A stretch of 64,000 nucleotides of DNA, from assembly GCF_988243305.1 (NCBI RefSeq), contig NZ_OZ547136.1. The stretch is one strand, 5' to 3'. Position numbers and translations under genes: made by a program. Positions 18,163-30,809 of the stretch are shown piece after piece. Each line of letters opens with the position of its first letter. Position 1 is the first letter of the stretch. Under the pieces are notes generated by a model. The model did no database searches. It had not been told where the DNA came from and worked only from the letters and a program-made list of their open reading frames with translations.

Positions 18163-19161
18163 TTACGCGTCCGGGAACTCACGGATAAAGCGTTCGACAT
18201 CTTCAACCATATGGTCGTTGCCGACAAAGAACGAACGGCGCTGGTGCAGAGTTTCCGGGATGATATCCAGAATACGCTCTTTGCCATCGCTCGCTTTACC
18301 GCCCGCTTGTTCCGCCAGGAATGCCATCGGGTTGCACTCATAAAGCAAACGCAGTTTGCCGTCCGGGTGGCTGGCGGTGCTTGGGTAGAGATAAATACCG
18401 CCTTTCAGCAGGTTACGGTGGAAATCCGCGACCAGTGAACCGATATAACGTGAGGTATACGGGCGGTTGGTGGATTTATCTTCTTCCTGGCAGAATTTAA
18501 TGTACTTCTTCACCCCGTTCGGAAACTTAATGTAGTTTCCTTCGTTGATGGAGTAGGTTTTGCCTTTCTCCGGGAAGCGCATCCGTTCCTGGCACAGGCA
18601 GAAAACGCCGAGCGAAGGATCGTAAGTAAAGGCGTGAACACCGCATCCGGTGGTGTAAACCAGCATGGTAGAGGAGCCGTATACCACGTAACCTGCCGCA
18701 ACCTGTTTGTTACCAGGCTGGAGGAAATCTTCTTCCGTTACCGGCGTGCCGACGGGCGTAACGCGGCGGTAGATGGAGAAAATGGTACCGACAGAGACGT
18801 TAACATCGATGTTGGACGAGCCATCCAGTGGGTCCATCAGCACCACGTATTTTGCATGTTCACAGCCTTCAAAGACGACAATCTCATCTTCTTCTTCAGA
18901 GGCAATGCCCGCAACGATATCGCGTGCTTTCAGTGCGGCTTTCAGTTTTTCATTAGCGAACAAGTCGAGTTTTTGCTGAACCTCGCCCTGCACGTTCTCA
19001 GCACCGCTGGCACCCAGGATATCAACCAGTCCTGCTTTGTTGATATCGCGATGGATAATCTTGGCGCCCAGTTTTATTGCCGACAGCAAAGCAGTGAGCT
19101 CACCGGTAGCATGAGAAAACTCGTGCTGCTTTTCGACAATAAATTCACCTAACGTTTTCAT
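18163..19161 (-). CDS. fbp: fructose-1,6-bisphosphatase class 1
   Basis: 332-aa product from internal start [23 protein letters not shown]...; the track ORF is N-terminally over-extended. Confidence 0.95.
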
Positions 19162-19336
19162 AAAACTTTCCCTGCAATGTTTATGGAGTAAAGCGACCGT
19201 AACAATCTTAACAAATAATCGGAATGTTGCGCTCAGGTGAATCGCGCCAGCAAATTGCGGATTATCCTGAAATGCGTTTCTCACTTGCCCGACATATGCG
19301 TAAAATGAGCGGCAGATTAAAAAAGGATAGTGACGT

Positions 19337-20710
19337 ATGCGCATTCATATTTTAGGAATTTGTGGCACGTTTATGGGCGGTCTGGCGATGCTGGCGCGCC
19401 AGTTAGGCCATGAAGTAACGGGTTCGGACGCCAATGTGTATCCGCCGATGAGCACCTTACTTGAGAAGCAAGGCATTGAACTGATTCAGGGTTACGATGC
19501 CAGCCAGCTCGATCCGCAGCCGGATCTGGTGATTATTGGCAACGCCATGACCCGTGGAAATCCGTGTGTGGAAGCGGTACTGGAAAAAAACATCCCTTAT
19601 ATGTCAGGTCCACAGTGGCTGCACGATTTTGTGCTGCGCGACCGCTGGGTGCTGGCCGTTGCCGGTACACATGGCAAAACCACCACCGCGGGAATGGCGA
19701 CCTGGATTCTGGAACAGTGCGGTTACAAACCGGGATTTGTGATCGGCGGTGTGCCGGGGAACTTTGAGGTTTCGGCGCGTCTGGGCGAAAGCAACTTCTT
19801 TGTTATCGAAGCGGATGAGTATGACTGCGCCTTCTTCGACAAACGCTCTAAATTTGTTCATTACTGCCCGCGTACGCTGATCCTCAACAACCTTGAGTTC
19901 GATCACGCCGATATCTTTGACGACCTGAAAGCGATCCAGAAACAGTTCCACCATCTGGTGCGTATCGTTCCGGGGCAGGGCCGTATTATCTGGCCAGAAA
20001 ACGACATCAACCTGAAACAGACCATGGCGATGGGCTGCTGGAGCGAGCAGGAGCTGGTGGGCGAGCAAGGTCACTGGCAGGCGAAAAAGCTGACCACCGA
20101 TGCTTCCGAATGGGAAGTCTTGCTGGATGGCGAAAAAGTGGGCGAAGTGAAATGGTCGCTGGTAGGCGAACATAATATGCACAATGGCCTGATGGCGATT
20201 GCGGCGGCTCGCCATGTTGGTGTAGCGCCGGCAGATGCCGCTAACGCGCTGGGTTCGTTTATTAACGCTCGCCGCCGTCTGGAGTTGCGTGGTGAAGCGA
20301 ATGGCGTAACGGTATATGACGATTTTGCCCATCACCCGACGGCGATTCTGGCAACGCTTGCGGCGCTGCGTGGCAAAGTTGGCGGTACGGCGCGCATTAT
20401 TGCTGTGCTGGAACCGCGCTCGAATACCATGAAAATGGGGATCTGCAAAGACGATCTGGCACCTTCATTAGGTCGTGCCGATGAAGTCTTCCTGCTGCAA
20501 CCAGCGCATATTCCGTGGCAGGTGGCAGAAGTGGCAGAAGCCTGCGTTCAGCCTGCACACTGGAGTGGCGATGTGGATACGCTGGCAGATATGGTGGTGA
20601 AAACCGCTCAGCCTGGCGACCATATTCTGGTGATGAGCAACGGCGGTTTTGGTGGGATCCATCAGAAACTGCTGGATGGTCTGGCGAAGAAGGCGGAAGC
20701 TGCGCAGTAA
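19337..20710 (+). CDS. mpl: UDP-N-acetylmuramate:L-alanyl-gamma-D-glutamyl-meso-diaminopimelate ligase
   Basis: 457-aa Mur-ligase family [23 protein letters not shown]... Confidence 0.95.
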
Positions 20711-20715
20711 TTCGG

Positions 20716-20838
20716 CCTCAGCCTGATATAGTGTGCGTAGGCCGGATAAGGCGTTCACGCCGCATCCGGCATTTGAGCATAGTGCCTGATGCGACGCTTG
20801 ATGCGTCTTATCAGGCCTACAGGTGCACCGCATCCGGC
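20716..20838. repeat. REP/BIME element cluster
   Basis: Alternating REP palindromes (TAGGCCGGATAAGGCG / GCCTGATGCGACGC) between mpl and yjgA. Confidence 0.85.
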
Positions 20839-20865
20839 AAACCATACTCACATCAACAACGAAAA

Positions 20866-21417
20866 TTACCCTTCATTCTCCGCCAGTTCGCGCAGATACT
20901 GGAAAATCTGGCGTGCGGATTTCGGCGGCTTATTCCCTTCTTTCTCTTTCTTCGCGTTACGGATCAGAGTACGCAGTTGCTGACGATCGGCATCGGGCCA
21001 CAGATTTAATACCTCAGCGATGGCGTCATCACCTTGATCGATCAGGCGATCGCGCAGGTTTTCCAGTTTATGGAACAGCACCACCTGCTGGTTGTGACGG
21101 TTTTTCAGCTTATCCAGCGCCTGACGGATCGGTTCTACATCGCGCTGGCGCAGCATCTTACCGATGAGCTGCAACTGGCGGCGGCGACCTTCCATCTTAA
21201 TACGCTGGGCGAGCTCAATAGCCGCGCGCAGATCCGCATCTAACGGGATCTTATCCAGCGCGTTTTTCCCCAGATCAACAATTTCCGCGCCAAGGCGTTT
21301 TAGCTCCTCGGCATCACGTTTAATTTCACTTTTACTGACCCAGATAATTTCATCGTCTTCGTCTTCGATGTCATCACCGGGAACGTCGTCGAGCCAGTCT
21401 TCGGGCTGCTTAGTCAT
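20866..21417 (-). CDS. yjgA: ribosome-associated protein YjgA/DarP (DUF615)
   Basis: 183-aa acidic/basic [43 protein letters not shown]... Confidence 0.9.
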
Positions 21418-21510
21418 CTCAGGCTCCTTAAAAAAAGAGGCTAATGTTACCAGTTAAGATGCGCACTGAAAAACGGTTCTCTGTTAGACTTCAGAGAAAC
21501 TCTCTACATT

Positions 21511-22863
21511 ATGGCACTTGCAATGAAAGTAATCTCTCAAGTTGAAGCGCAGCGCAAGATTCTGGAAGAAGCAGTTTCCACTGCGCTGGAGTTGGCCTCA
21601 GGCAAATCGGACGGTGCGGAAGTTGCCGTCAGCAAGACCACCGGCATTAGCGTAAGCACGCGTTATGGTGAAGTGGAGAATGTTGAATTCAATAGCGATG
21701 GCGCGCTGGGGATCACTGTTTATCACCAGAACCGCAAAGGTAGCGCATCATCCACCGATTTAAGCCCGCAGGCCATTGCCCGCACCGTACAGGCGGCGCT
21801 GGATATTGCCCGTTATACCTCGCCAGATCCCTGTGCCGGCGTGGCAGACAAAGAGCTGCTGGCCTTTGAGGCACCGGATCTCGATTTGTTCCACCCTGCG
21901 GAAGTTTCCCCGGATGAAGCCATTGAACTGGCGGCCCGCGCAGAACAGGCAGCATTACAGGCGGACAAACGTATCACCAATACCGAAGGTGGCAGCTTTA
22001 ACAGCCACTACGGTGTCAAAGTTTTTGGCAACAGCCACGGCATGTTGCAGGGTTACTGCTCTACGCGTCATTCGCTCTCCAGCTGTGTAATTGCCGAAGA
22101 AAATGGCGATATGGAGCGTGATTACGCCTACACCATTGGTCGTGCGATGAGCGATCTGCAAACGCCAGAGTGGGTTGGGGCCGACTGTGCTCGCCGTACT
22201 TTATCGCGCCTGTCACCGCGTAAACTCTCCACCATGAAAGCGCCGGTCATTTTTGCCAATGAAGTGGCAACCGGGCTTTTTGGGCATCTGGTGGGGGCGA
22301 TAGCGGGTGGAGCGGTTTACCGTAAATCTACCTTCCTGCTGGATTCGCTGGGTAAACAAATTCTGCCGGACTGGCTGACCATTGAAGAGCATCCGCATCT
22401 GCTGAAAGGGCTGGCATCGACGCCATTTGACAGCGAAGGTGTGCGCACCGAGCGTCGCGATATTATTAAAGATGGCATCCTGACTCAGTGGCTGCTGACC
22501 AGCTATTCGGCGCGAAAACTGGGGCTGAAAAGCACCGGACATGCGGGCGGTATTCACAACTGGCGGATTGCCGGACAAGGGCTAAGCTTCGAACAAATGC
22601 TCAAAGAGATGGGCACCGGGCTGGTGGTGACGGAGCTGATGGGCCAGGGCGTGAGTGCAATTACCGGTGATTATTCCCGTGGTGCGGCGGGCTTCTGGGT
22701 AGAAAACGGCGAAATTCAGTATCCGGTTAGCGAAATCACCATCGCAGGTAATTTAAAAGATATGTGGCGCAATATTGTCGCCGTCGGTAACGATATTGAA
22801 ACACGCAGTAATATACAGTGTGGTTCTGTGCTGTTGCCGGAGATGAAAATCGCCGGGCAGTAA
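21511..22863 (+). CDS. pmbA: metalloprotease PmbA/TldE
   Basis: 450-aa [25 protein letters not shown]... Confidence 0.93.
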   Translation: MALAMKVISQVEAQRKILEEAVSTALELASGKSDGAEVAVSKTTGISVSTRYGEVENVEFNSDGALGITVYHQNRKGSASSTDLSPQAIARTVQAALDIARYTSPDPCAGVADKELLAFEAPDLDLFHPAEVSPDEAIELAARAEQAALQADKRITNTEGGSFNSHYGVKVFGNSHGMLQGYCSTRHSLSSCVIAEENGDMERDYAYTIGRAMSDLQTPEWVGADCARRTLSRLSPRKLSTMKAPVIFANEVATGLFGHLVGAIAGGAVYRKSTFLLDSLGKQILPDWLTIEEHPHLLKGLASTPFDSEGVRTERRDIIKDGILTQWLLTSYSARKLGLKSTGHAGGIHNWRIAGQGLSFEQMLKEMGTGLVVTELMGQGVSAITGDYSRGAAGFWVENGEIQYPVSEITIAGNLKDMWRNIVAVGNDIETRSNIQCGSVLLPEMKIAGQ

Positions 22864-22914
22864 AAAACTGGCGCGACCTGCCGCGCCAAATCTTCATAAT
22901 AAAAAAGGAAGTGA

Positions 22915-23304
<390 letters not shown>

Positions 23305-23348
23305 TTCCTCATTTCCCTGTTGCCTGCACTCAGGTAACAGGGAACTTA

Positions 23349-23813
23349 TCATCGCAAATGATGCACCACCTGATTGCTGCTGCCGCGCCAGATCAGGGAA
23401 GGGTCTTTTAAATCCTGCACAAATTTGCCGTCGACCAGTACGTTAATCAAATCAACAACCTGCATTTGCGCAGCGTTGAGATCGTCGAGTTTATAGCCTG
23501 TCCACACCCAGATGTCTTTATCCGGACACTCGGCGCGGATGCGTTTTACCAGTTTCAGAATATCCGGCACGTTTTGCGGATGCAGCGGATCGCCGCCGGA
23601 GAGGGAAATCCCCTGGCGTTTGATACGAGTGTCATTCAGATCGTTAATGATCTGGTCTTCCATTGCTTTGGTAAATGGCTGACCAGAATTTACCCGCCAT
23701 GTGCTTTTGTTATAGCAACCGGGGCATTCATGAACACACCCGGAGACAAACAGGGTGCAGCGAGTGCCGGGGCCGTTGACGATGTCGACAGGATAGTACT
23801 GATGATAATTCAT
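23349..23813 (-). CDS. nrdG: anaerobic ribonucleotide reductase activating protein (radical SAM)
   Basis: 154-aa ORF with CxxxCxxC cluster (CVHECPGCYNK). Confidence 0.93.
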   Translation of the reverse strand: MNYHQYYPVDIVNGPGTRCTLFVSGCVHECPGCYNKSTWRVNSGQPFTKAMEDQIINDLNDTRIKRQGISLSGGDPLHPQNVPDILKLVKRIRAECPDKDIWVWTGYKLDDLNAAQMQVVDLINVLVDGKFVQDLKDPSLIWRGSSNQVVHHLR

Positions 23814-23825
23814 TATTTCGCCTGG

Positions 23826-23950
<125 letters not shown>

Positions 23951-23972
23951 TTTGCTTAGCGCAGAGTGAAGA

Positions 23973-26111
23973 TTAACCTATCTGCCCATTCCCCAAATGT
24001 TTAACGCGGCGCTTAACTTCTTCCTGCTTACCAGCGTTAAACGGACGTGCATCCGGGCTACCTAAATATCCGCACACGCGGCGAGTTACCGACACACGGG
24101 AGGCGTCATGGTTACCACATTTCGGGCAAGTGAAGCCTTTGCTGGTGCACTCGAACTCACCGGTAAAGCCACACTCGTAGCACTCATCAATCGGTGTATT
24201 GGTGCCGTAATACGGTACATGCTGATAGCTGTAATCCCAGACATCTTCCAGCGCTTTCAGGTTGTGCTGAATGTTTGGATACTCGCCGTAGCAAATGAAA
24301 CCACCGTTCGCCAGCGGCGGGTAAGGCGCTTCAAAGTCGATCTTGTCGTACGGGTTCACCTTCTTCTCCACATCAAGGTGGAAACTGTTGGTGTAGTAAC
24401 CTTTATCGGTCACGCCCGGCACCACGCCAAACTCAGCAGTATCGAGACGGCAGAAGCGGTCGCACAGGTTTTCACTCGGCGTGCTGTAGAGACTGAAACC
24501 ATAACCCGTTTCTTCTTTCCACTGATCCACTGCCTGACGCAGACGTTCAACAATCGCGATACCTTTCGCGCGGAGCTGCTCGTTGTCGTAAACATGCTCG
24601 CCGCCGAACAGCGCGTTAATGGTTTCGTGGATGCCGATGTAACCCAGCGAAATAGACGCACGACCGTTTTTGAAGATTTCAGAAACATCATCGTCAGCAT
24701 TCAGACGCACGCCACAAGCACCTTCCATATAAAGGATCGGGGCCACGCGCGCTTTCACGCCTTCCAGACGAGCGATACGGGTCATCAGCGCCTTACGTGC
24801 CAGCACCAGACGTTCATCCAGCAGCTTCCAGAAGGTGGCTTCATCGCCTTTTGCTTCCAGAGCAATACGCGGCAGGTTCAGGCTGATCACGCCGAGGTTG
24901 TTACGACCATCGTGGATCTGCTCGCCGTTTTCATTTTCCCACACGCCGAGGAAGCTGCGGCAGCCCATCGGGGTTTTAAACGAACCGGTGACTTTCACTA
25001 CCTGATCGTAGTTCAGGATATCCGGATACATGCGCTTGCTTGCGCACTCCAGCGCCAGCTGTTTGATGTCGTAGTTCGGATCGCCTTTTTTATGGTTCAG
25101 ACCATCGCGAATCGCAAACACCAGTTTCGGGAACACCGCAGTTTTACGGTTTTTACCGAGACCTGCGATACGGTTACGCAGGATAGATTCCTGAATCAGG
25201 CGCGATTCCCAGCTGGTGCCCAGACCAAAACCAAAAGTTACAAACGGCGTTTGACCGTTGGCGGTATGCAGGGTGTTTACTTCGTACTCCAGCGACTGGA
25301 AGGCATCGTAGCACTCTTTAATGGTACGAGAGTTAGCGTAGCCTTCTGCGTCCGGGATGTTCCACTCTTCTGCGGTCTTGCGATGTTTGTTGTAGCTGGC
25401 GGTGACAAACGGTGCCAGCACTTCATCGATACGGTTAATGGTGGTGCCGCCATAAATATGGCTGGCAACCTGAGCAATAATCTGCGCAGTTACCGCGGTT
25501 GCCGTTGAGATCGACTTCGGCGGTTCAATCTCGGCGTTCCCCATTTTAAAGCCCTGGGTCAGCATGCCTTTCAGGTCGATCAACATGCAGTTGAACATCG
25601 GGAAAAACGGTGAGTAATCGAGATCGTGATAGTGAATATCGCCACGCTCATGTGCCTGCACCACGTCACGCGGCAGCAGGTGCTGACGTGCATAGTGTTT
25701 AGCCACGATCCCGGCCAGCAGGTCGCGCTGGGTTGGAATCACCTTGCTGTCTTTGTTGGCGTTTTCGTTGAGTAACGAGGCGTTGGTCTGCTCGACCAGA
25801 CCACGGATCTCCTGGTTCAGGCGACCGCGTTTTTCACGTTCAATGTCGCGATCGTGACGGTACTCGATGTAAGCGCGAGCCAGTTGTTTGTATGGACCCG
25901 ACATCAGCTGGTTTTCAACTGCGGTCTGGATCTCGTTGATATCCACCTGGTTGCGGCCCTGCATCTGCTCGCTGACAACCGCGGCAACAGTGGCGCAATA
26001 ATCGGCATCATCGACTTCCGCTGCTTTAGCTGCACGCAGAATCGCTTCTTTGATGCGCTCTGATTTAAACGGCACTTTGCAGCCGTCTCGTTTCATCACA
26101 TGCGGTGTCAT
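23973..26111 (-). CDS. nrdD: anaerobic ribonucleoside-triphosphate reductase (glycyl radical enzyme)
   Basis: 712-aa ORF with C-terminal zinc-ribbon cysteines and glycyl-radical region (RVCGYLG). Confidence 0.96.
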   Translation of the reverse strand: MTPHVMKRDGCKVPFKSERIKEAILRAAKAAEVDDADYCATVAAVVSEQMQGRNQVDINEIQTAVENQLMSGPYKQLARAYIEYRHDRDIEREKRGRLNQEIRGLVEQTNASLLNENANKDSKVIPTQRDLLAGIVAKHYARQHLLPRDVVQAHERGDIHYHDLDYSPFFPMFNCMLIDLKGMLTQGFKMGNAEIEPPKSISTATAVTAQIIAQVASHIYGGTTINRIDEVLAPFVTASYNKHRKTAEEWNIPDAEGYANSRTIKECYDAFQSLEYEVNTLHTANGQTPFVTFGFGLGTSWESRLIQESILRNRIAGLGKNRKTAVFPKLVFAIRDGLNHKKGDPNYDIKQLALECASKRMYPDILNYDQVVKVTGSFKTPMGCRSFLGVWENENGEQIHDGRNNLGVISLNLPRIALEAKGDEATFWKLLDERLVLARKALMTRIARLEGVKARVAPILYMEGACGVRLNADDDVSEIFKNGRASISLGYIGIHETINALFGGEHVYDNEQLRAKGIAIVERLRQAVDQWKEETGYGFSLYSTPSENLCDRFCRLDTAEFGVVPGVTDKGYYTNSFHLDVEKKVNPYDKIDFEAPYPPLANGGFICYGEYPNIQHNLKALEDVWDYSYQHVPYYGTNTPIDECYECGFTGEFECTSKGFTCPKCGNHDASRVSVTRRVCGYLGSPDARPFNAGKQEEVKRRVKHLGNGQIG

Positions 26112-26504
26112 GATCGCTCCATATTTTTAAGAACAGGTTATCCACAGAAATTGGGAAAGGCGTTTTCCGGTTTTTTCGTTTCGTTTTCCGGTGCTTTCCG
26201 CAATCGCCATCCGCTTATCCACAACGCCGCACCTTTTTCGTGGGGAGCTGTAGTAGCAATTATAGTCGATTAATACAACATATTGGGTTGGGACGCATTT
26301 TAAAGTCTATATATAGTGCTTTGCATCAAGGATGTTTTAACTTTTTTTGATGTAGCTCAAAGTAAAAAGCAGAGCGTACGGATGACGGGCGCTACAGCGT
26401 TATGTAAATTTTTTAATGAATTTGCTGGTTGAAAAATCAACAAAAACAACATGCTGACAGACAAAACCCCGGAATGACCGGCATTACCGGGGCTTAGGGA
26501 AGAT

Positions 26505-28160
26505 TTACTTCTGTAACCACCAGACAGCCTCAAAAGGCCGTAAATTCATGGCACAGGGTTGTGGTGAGGCTTCTTCGTAGTTATGCATCACAAGCTGCCA
26601 GTTGCCGCGCATTTGCCCTGGCTGCCAGGGTTGGATCTCACGGCTAAGGTTGGCAATGACCAGCAAGGTTTGCCCCTTCCATTCACGGCGATAGCACCAC
26701 AATACAGGGCTGTTTGGCAGCAGATCCTGGTAATTGCCCCATGTCAGGATGGCTTCTTGCTTACGCAGTGCGATTAACTTTTGGTAGGTGTAAAACACCG
26801 AGGACTCATCGGCCAGCGCGGCTTCTACGTTGATTTGTTGATAGTTATCGCCCAGGCCAATCCACGGTTCGCCAGCCGTAAACCCGGCATTATCGCCGTT
26901 GCTCCATTGCATGGGCGTGCGGCTGTTGTCACGGGATTTACTGGCGAGGATTGCCAATAACTCGTCGGCATCACGACCATCGTTGCGCAGCTCGGCAAAC
27001 ATATTGAGGCTCTCCACGTCGCGATAGTCAGTAATGCGCGTGAAATGCGGGTTGGTCATGCCAATCTCTTCGCCCTGGTAGATATACGGCGTTCCCTGCA
27101 TGCCATGCAGCACCATCGCCAGCATTTTTGCCGCAGGCACGCGGTATTCACCTTCATCACCAAAGCGAGAAATAATGCGCGGCTGATCGTGGTTACACCA
27201 GAACAAGGCATTCCATGCCACGTTGTGCATTCCTTGTTGCCAGTGGCGGAACAATGTTTTCAACGCCACAAAGTCAGGTTTAGCCAGCGTCCATTTTTCA
27301 CCACCGGGATAATCGACCTTCAGGTGATGAAAATTAAAGGTCATCGACAATTCACTGCCTGTCAGTGCCGCGTATCGCTGGCAATGCTCAAGGCTGGTGG
27401 AGGACATTTCACCTACGGTCATTAACCCGCGTGGCGTAAACACATCGCGGTTCATCTCGTGCAAAAACTCGTGTGCTCGTGGCCCGTCGGTGTAGAAGCG
27501 ACGCCCGTCGCCATCCAGGTCATCAGGGAAACGTGGGTCTTTGGAGATCAGATTCACCACATCCAGGCGCAACCCGTCGACCCCACGATCGGCCCAGAAC
27601 TCACAGACTTTTTTCAGCTCTGCGCGTACCGCTGGATTCTCCCAGTTGAGATCCGCCTGCTCTGGTGCAAAGAGATGCAAATAGTACTGTTCGCTTTCCG
27701 CATGCCAGCGCCACGCACTACCGCCAAATTTTGAACGCCAGTTGTTCGGTGGCGTTTCTGGTTCGCCATCGCGCCAGATATAAAACTGGCGGTAAGGGCT
27801 TTCTTTGTTCAGCGCCTCGCGAAACCAGGCATGTTGGGTAGAGGTATGGTTAAACACCATATCGAGAATGATACGAATCCCGCGCGATTTTGCCTGCGTC
27901 ACCAGTTCGTCAAAATCGTCCAGCGTGCCGTAGGTGGGATCAATCGCCGTATAGTTCGCTACATCGTAACCGTTATCGACCTGGGGAGAGACATAAAAGG
28001 GGGTTAGCCAGATGGCATCAACGCCCAGTTTATGCAGATAGTCCAGGCGTTGGATAACGCCACGTAAATCGCCGGTGCCGCTACCCGTGGTGTCCTGAAA
28101 ACTCTTTGGATAAATCTGGTAGATAACGCCGTTTTGCCACCAGTGGGGAAGATTAGTCAT
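26505..28160 (-). CDS. treC: trehalose-6-phosphate hydrolase
   Basis: 551-aa GH13 product from internal start MTNLPHWWQNGVIYQIYPKSF...; the track ORF is N-terminally over-extended. Confidence 0.95.
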   Translation of the reverse strand: MTNLPHWWQNGVIYQIYPKSFQDTTGSGTGDLRGVIQRLDYLHKLGVDAIWLTPFYVSPQVDNGYDVANYTAIDPTYGTLDDFDELVTQAKSRGIRIILDMVFNHTSTQHAWFREALNKESPYRQFYIWRDGEPETPPNNWRSKFGGSAWRWHAESEQYYLHLFAPEQADLNWENPAVRAELKKVCEFWADRGVDGLRLDVVNLISKDPRFPDDLDGDGRRFYTDGPRAHEFLHEMNRDVFTPRGLMTVGEMSSTSLEHCQRYAALTGSELSMTFNFHHLKVDYPGGEKWTLAKPDFVALKTLFRHWQQGMHNVAWNALFWCNHDQPRIISRFGDEGEYRVPAAKMLAMVLHGMQGTPYIYQGEEIGMTNPHFTRITDYRDVESLNMFAELRNDGRDADELLAILASKSRDNSRTPMQWSNGDNAGFTAGEPWIGLGDNYQQINVEAALADESSVFYTYQKLIALRKQEAILTWGNYQDLLPNSPVLWCYRREWKGQTLLVIANLSREIQPWQPGQMRGNWQLVMHNYEEASPQPCAMNLRPFEAVWWLQK

Positions 28161-28209
28161 TACGTTATTCCTGCAAATGCGAGGGGGCGCAATTGCGCCC
28201 CGAAGAAAA

Positions 28210-29631
28210 TTAAACAATGTCCAGCGTGCCCAGGCGGTATTTCCGCTGATAGATAAACGAGGTGAGTACAATCGGGATGATGATGGCGATAGCCATTGCC
28301 AGCGCAAACACCTGCCAGTAGCTCGGTTGAATCGAGAGAATTCCCGGCAGGCCGCCTACGCCGATACCATTCGCCATAACGCCGTTCAGGCCGCATAGCA
28401 ATCCTGCCAGACCAGAACCAATCATCGCGCACAGCATCGGGAAGCGATATTTCAGGTTGATGCCGTACATTGCAGGCTCAGTGACCCCAAGCCAGGCGGA
28501 GATAGCGGCAGGCACGGAGATCTCGCGCTCATTGTGCTTGCGGCTGGAAATGATAATGCCTATTACGGCGGAGCCCTGAGCGATATTCGACAGCGCAATC
28601 AGCGGCCACACTGGCGTGCCACCCATGCTTTGAATCATCTGCAAATCAATAGCAAGGGTGGTCTGGTGTACGCCGGTGATCACCAGCGGCGCGTACAGGA
28701 AGCCAAACAATGCCGCACCAATCGGAGCAAAGCTGCCGGTCATCAGGTGACGTACCGCAAAGGCAACGCCATCGCCAATCATGCGACCAAACGGACCAAT
28801 CAGCGCATGGGCGAGGAACACCGCGAGGATCAGCGAACAGACGGGTACCACCACCAGATAGAGGTAATCCGGCACGATGCGTTTAAGGCGAGTTTCAATA
28901 ACGCCCAGCGCCAGTCCGGCTAACAGTGCCGGGATCACCTGCGCCTGATAGCCTACTTTGGCGATGCTGAACATGCCAAAGTCCCACACTTCCGGCAGCT
29001 GCTGCCCGAGCAGATAAGCGTTCATCAGCTGTGGAGAAACCAGTGTCACGCCAAGCACGATACCAAGGATCGGCGTGCCGCCCATTTTTTTCACCGCTGA
29101 CCAGCAAATACCGACCGGCAGGTAGAAGAAGATCGCTTCACCGATCAACCACAGAAAATCGTAGATCGTTTGCAGGGAAGGGTACATTTGCGCCAGCGTC
29201 TGACCGTTGCTCATGGGCAAATCGCCGATCACATTGCGAAAACCGAGGATCAAACCGCCGCTGATCAACGCGGGCAGCAACGGGAAGAAGATCTCCGCGA
29301 AATGAGAGATCAACTGCTCATGCCATTTCATATTCTGCCGGGCGGCTTTTTTTACCTGCTCTTTATCAACCTGCGCCTGTCCGGTTGACGCAATCAGTGC
29401 TTGATAGTAATCACCCACGTTGGTGCCAATCACCACCTGAAATTGCCCGGCATTGGTGAAACAGCCTTTCACCATGGGGAGTTGCTCAATTTCTTTCGGT
29501 CTGGCATTGGCCGGTTGGTTGAGGACAAAGCGCAGGCGAGTAATACAGTGGCTCACCGTCGCAATATTGCCGCGCCCGCCGACCAGTTCAATCAACCGAT
29601 CGATATCCGTTTGGTTTATTTTGCTCATCAT
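28210..29631 (-). CDS. treB: PTS trehalose-specific EIIBC component
   Basis: 473-aa ORF; EIIB cysteine motif (SHCITRLR) followed by polytopic EIIC. Confidence 0.95.
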   Translation of the reverse strand: MMSKINQTDIDRLIELVGGRGNIATVSHCITRLRFVLNQPANARPKEIEQLPMVKGCFTNAGQFQVVIGTNVGDYYQALIASTGQAQVDKEQVKKAARQNMKWHEQLISHFAEIFFPLLPALISGGLILGFRNVIGDLPMSNGQTLAQMYPSLQTIYDFLWLIGEAIFFYLPVGICWSAVKKMGGTPILGIVLGVTLVSPQLMNAYLLGQQLPEVWDFGMFSIAKVGYQAQVIPALLAGLALGVIETRLKRIVPDYLYLVVVPVCSLILAVFLAHALIGPFGRMIGDGVAFAVRHLMTGSFAPIGAALFGFLYAPLVITGVHQTTLAIDLQMIQSMGGTPVWPLIALSNIAQGSAVIGIIISSRKHNEREISVPAAISAWLGVTEPAMYGINLKYRFPMLCAMIGSGLAGLLCGLNGVMANGIGVGGLPGILSIQPSYWQVFALAMAIAIIIPIVLTSFIYQRKYRLGTLDIV

Positions 29632-29749
29632 AAAGCCCCATGGCAGATGACATTTTTGGTTGGCTGCAGAATATATTGCGCGGAAAAATTTAAAAACGGG
29701 AACGTTCCCGAAACGCAGCGAAGATCACAATTTATCGTTCAGGAAACGA

Positions 29750-30697
29750 TCAGGACAGGGTGGCGGGGATGATGATTTGTTGCGGTTCGCTGCGCCCGGT
29801 TACCTGCGCGATCAACTGGCAGGCCGCCTGGCGTCCAGCTTCGGCGTAACCGGGATCTACGGTGACGATCTCCGGATGGAGGAATTTCATTAACGGTGTA
29901 TTACCGACGCTCGCCAGTTGCAAGGTGTCGATGCGTTGCTCTTGCAGGTATTTACTTGCGCCAAGTGCCAGCGTGTCGGTTGCGCACAGTAACGCAGTAG
30001 TTTCAGGCGTAATCACTTTTGCCACGTTCTCATAGCCTTGCTTCATAGCAAGCCCTGGCAGAGCGGCAACGGGATGCAGTTTATGCGCTTTGCAGAACGC
30101 CAGGTAGGCTTCGTGACGTCGCTTACCGGTTGTCACGTCACTATGCGGCACGCCGAGATAACTGATATTACGATGCCCCTGGTCATACAGCCGTTGCATC
30201 AGGATCTTGATTGCCCCTTCGTCGTCATAACAGACCGAAGCAAAGCCTTTTGCGTCACGCGCCAGCAGAACCAGCGATGACTGCCAGTGGGCTAACATTT
30301 CTTCTGTTATGCCAGTAAAACCGAACAGCACTACGCCGTCGATATTACGCCGTTTCAGCACCCCCAAATGTTCGGCAACTAATTGCGGGGAAAACTGACT
30401 TTCCATCATGATTGGGTCGTAACCTTGTTCATAGAACGCTGGCAGCATGGTTTGAACGGCGAGATTTTCTGACAACGAATCCAGGCGGGTAACAATGATG
30501 GCGACCACTTTATCGCTTTGCCCACGCATAGCGCGCGCAGAGCGGGAAGGGGAAAATCCATGCTGATTCATCACTGCTTCAACACGCTCGCGGGTGCGCT
30601 GGCTCACGCCGCTTTCGTTATTCAGCACCCGGGAAACTGTAGATTTCCCCACGCCGCTTAAGCGTGCGATGTCTTTGATGGTCAGCCGATTTTGCAT
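29750..30697 (-). CDS. treR: trehalose operon repressor (LacI family)
   Basis: 315-aa ORF with N-terminal HTH (MQNRLTIKDIARLSGVGKSTVSRVLNN). Confidence 0.95.
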   Translation of the reverse strand: MQNRLTIKDIARLSGVGKSTVSRVLNNESGVSQRTRERVEAVMNQHGFSPSRSARAMRGQSDKVVAIIVTRLDSLSENLAVQTMLPAFYEQGYDPIMMESQFSPQLVAEHLGVLKRRNIDGVVLFGFTGITEEMLAHWQSSLVLLARDAKGFASVCYDDEGAIKILMQRLYDQGHRNISYLGVPHSDVTTGKRRHEAYLAFCKAHKLHPVAALPGLAMKQGYENVAKVITPETTALLCATDTLALGASKYLQEQRIDTLQLASVGNTPLMKFLHPEIVTVDPGYAEAGRQAACQLIAQVTGRSEPQQIIIPATLS

Positions 30698-30771
30698 CCT
30701 GTTGTCCTGTAACGTGTTGTTTAATTATTTGAGCCTAACTTTACCCGTGCATTCAGCAATGGGTAAAGTCT

Positions 30772-30788
30772 GGTTTATCGTTGGTTTA
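30772..30788 (+). promoter_or_regulatory. PhoP box of the mgtA promoter
   Basis: Direct repeat GGTTTA-TCGTT-GGTTTA followed about 15 bp later by a TATTAT -10-like hexamer. Confidence 0.75.
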
Positions 30789-30809
30789 GTTGCCAGCAGG
30801 TATTATATC

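Noticed and set aside
24108-25508. 466-aa ORF on the plus strand
   Set aside because: Antisense to nrdD; no independent support.
26505-28307. N-terminal extensions of the track ORFs for treC (600 aa), fbp (393 aa), msrA (234 aa), ridA (152 aa), bdcA (263 aa) and idnR (342 aa)
   Set aside because: Known protein N-termini begin at internal ATGs with plausible RBS spacing; the longer ORFs run into neighbouring genes or promoter regions.
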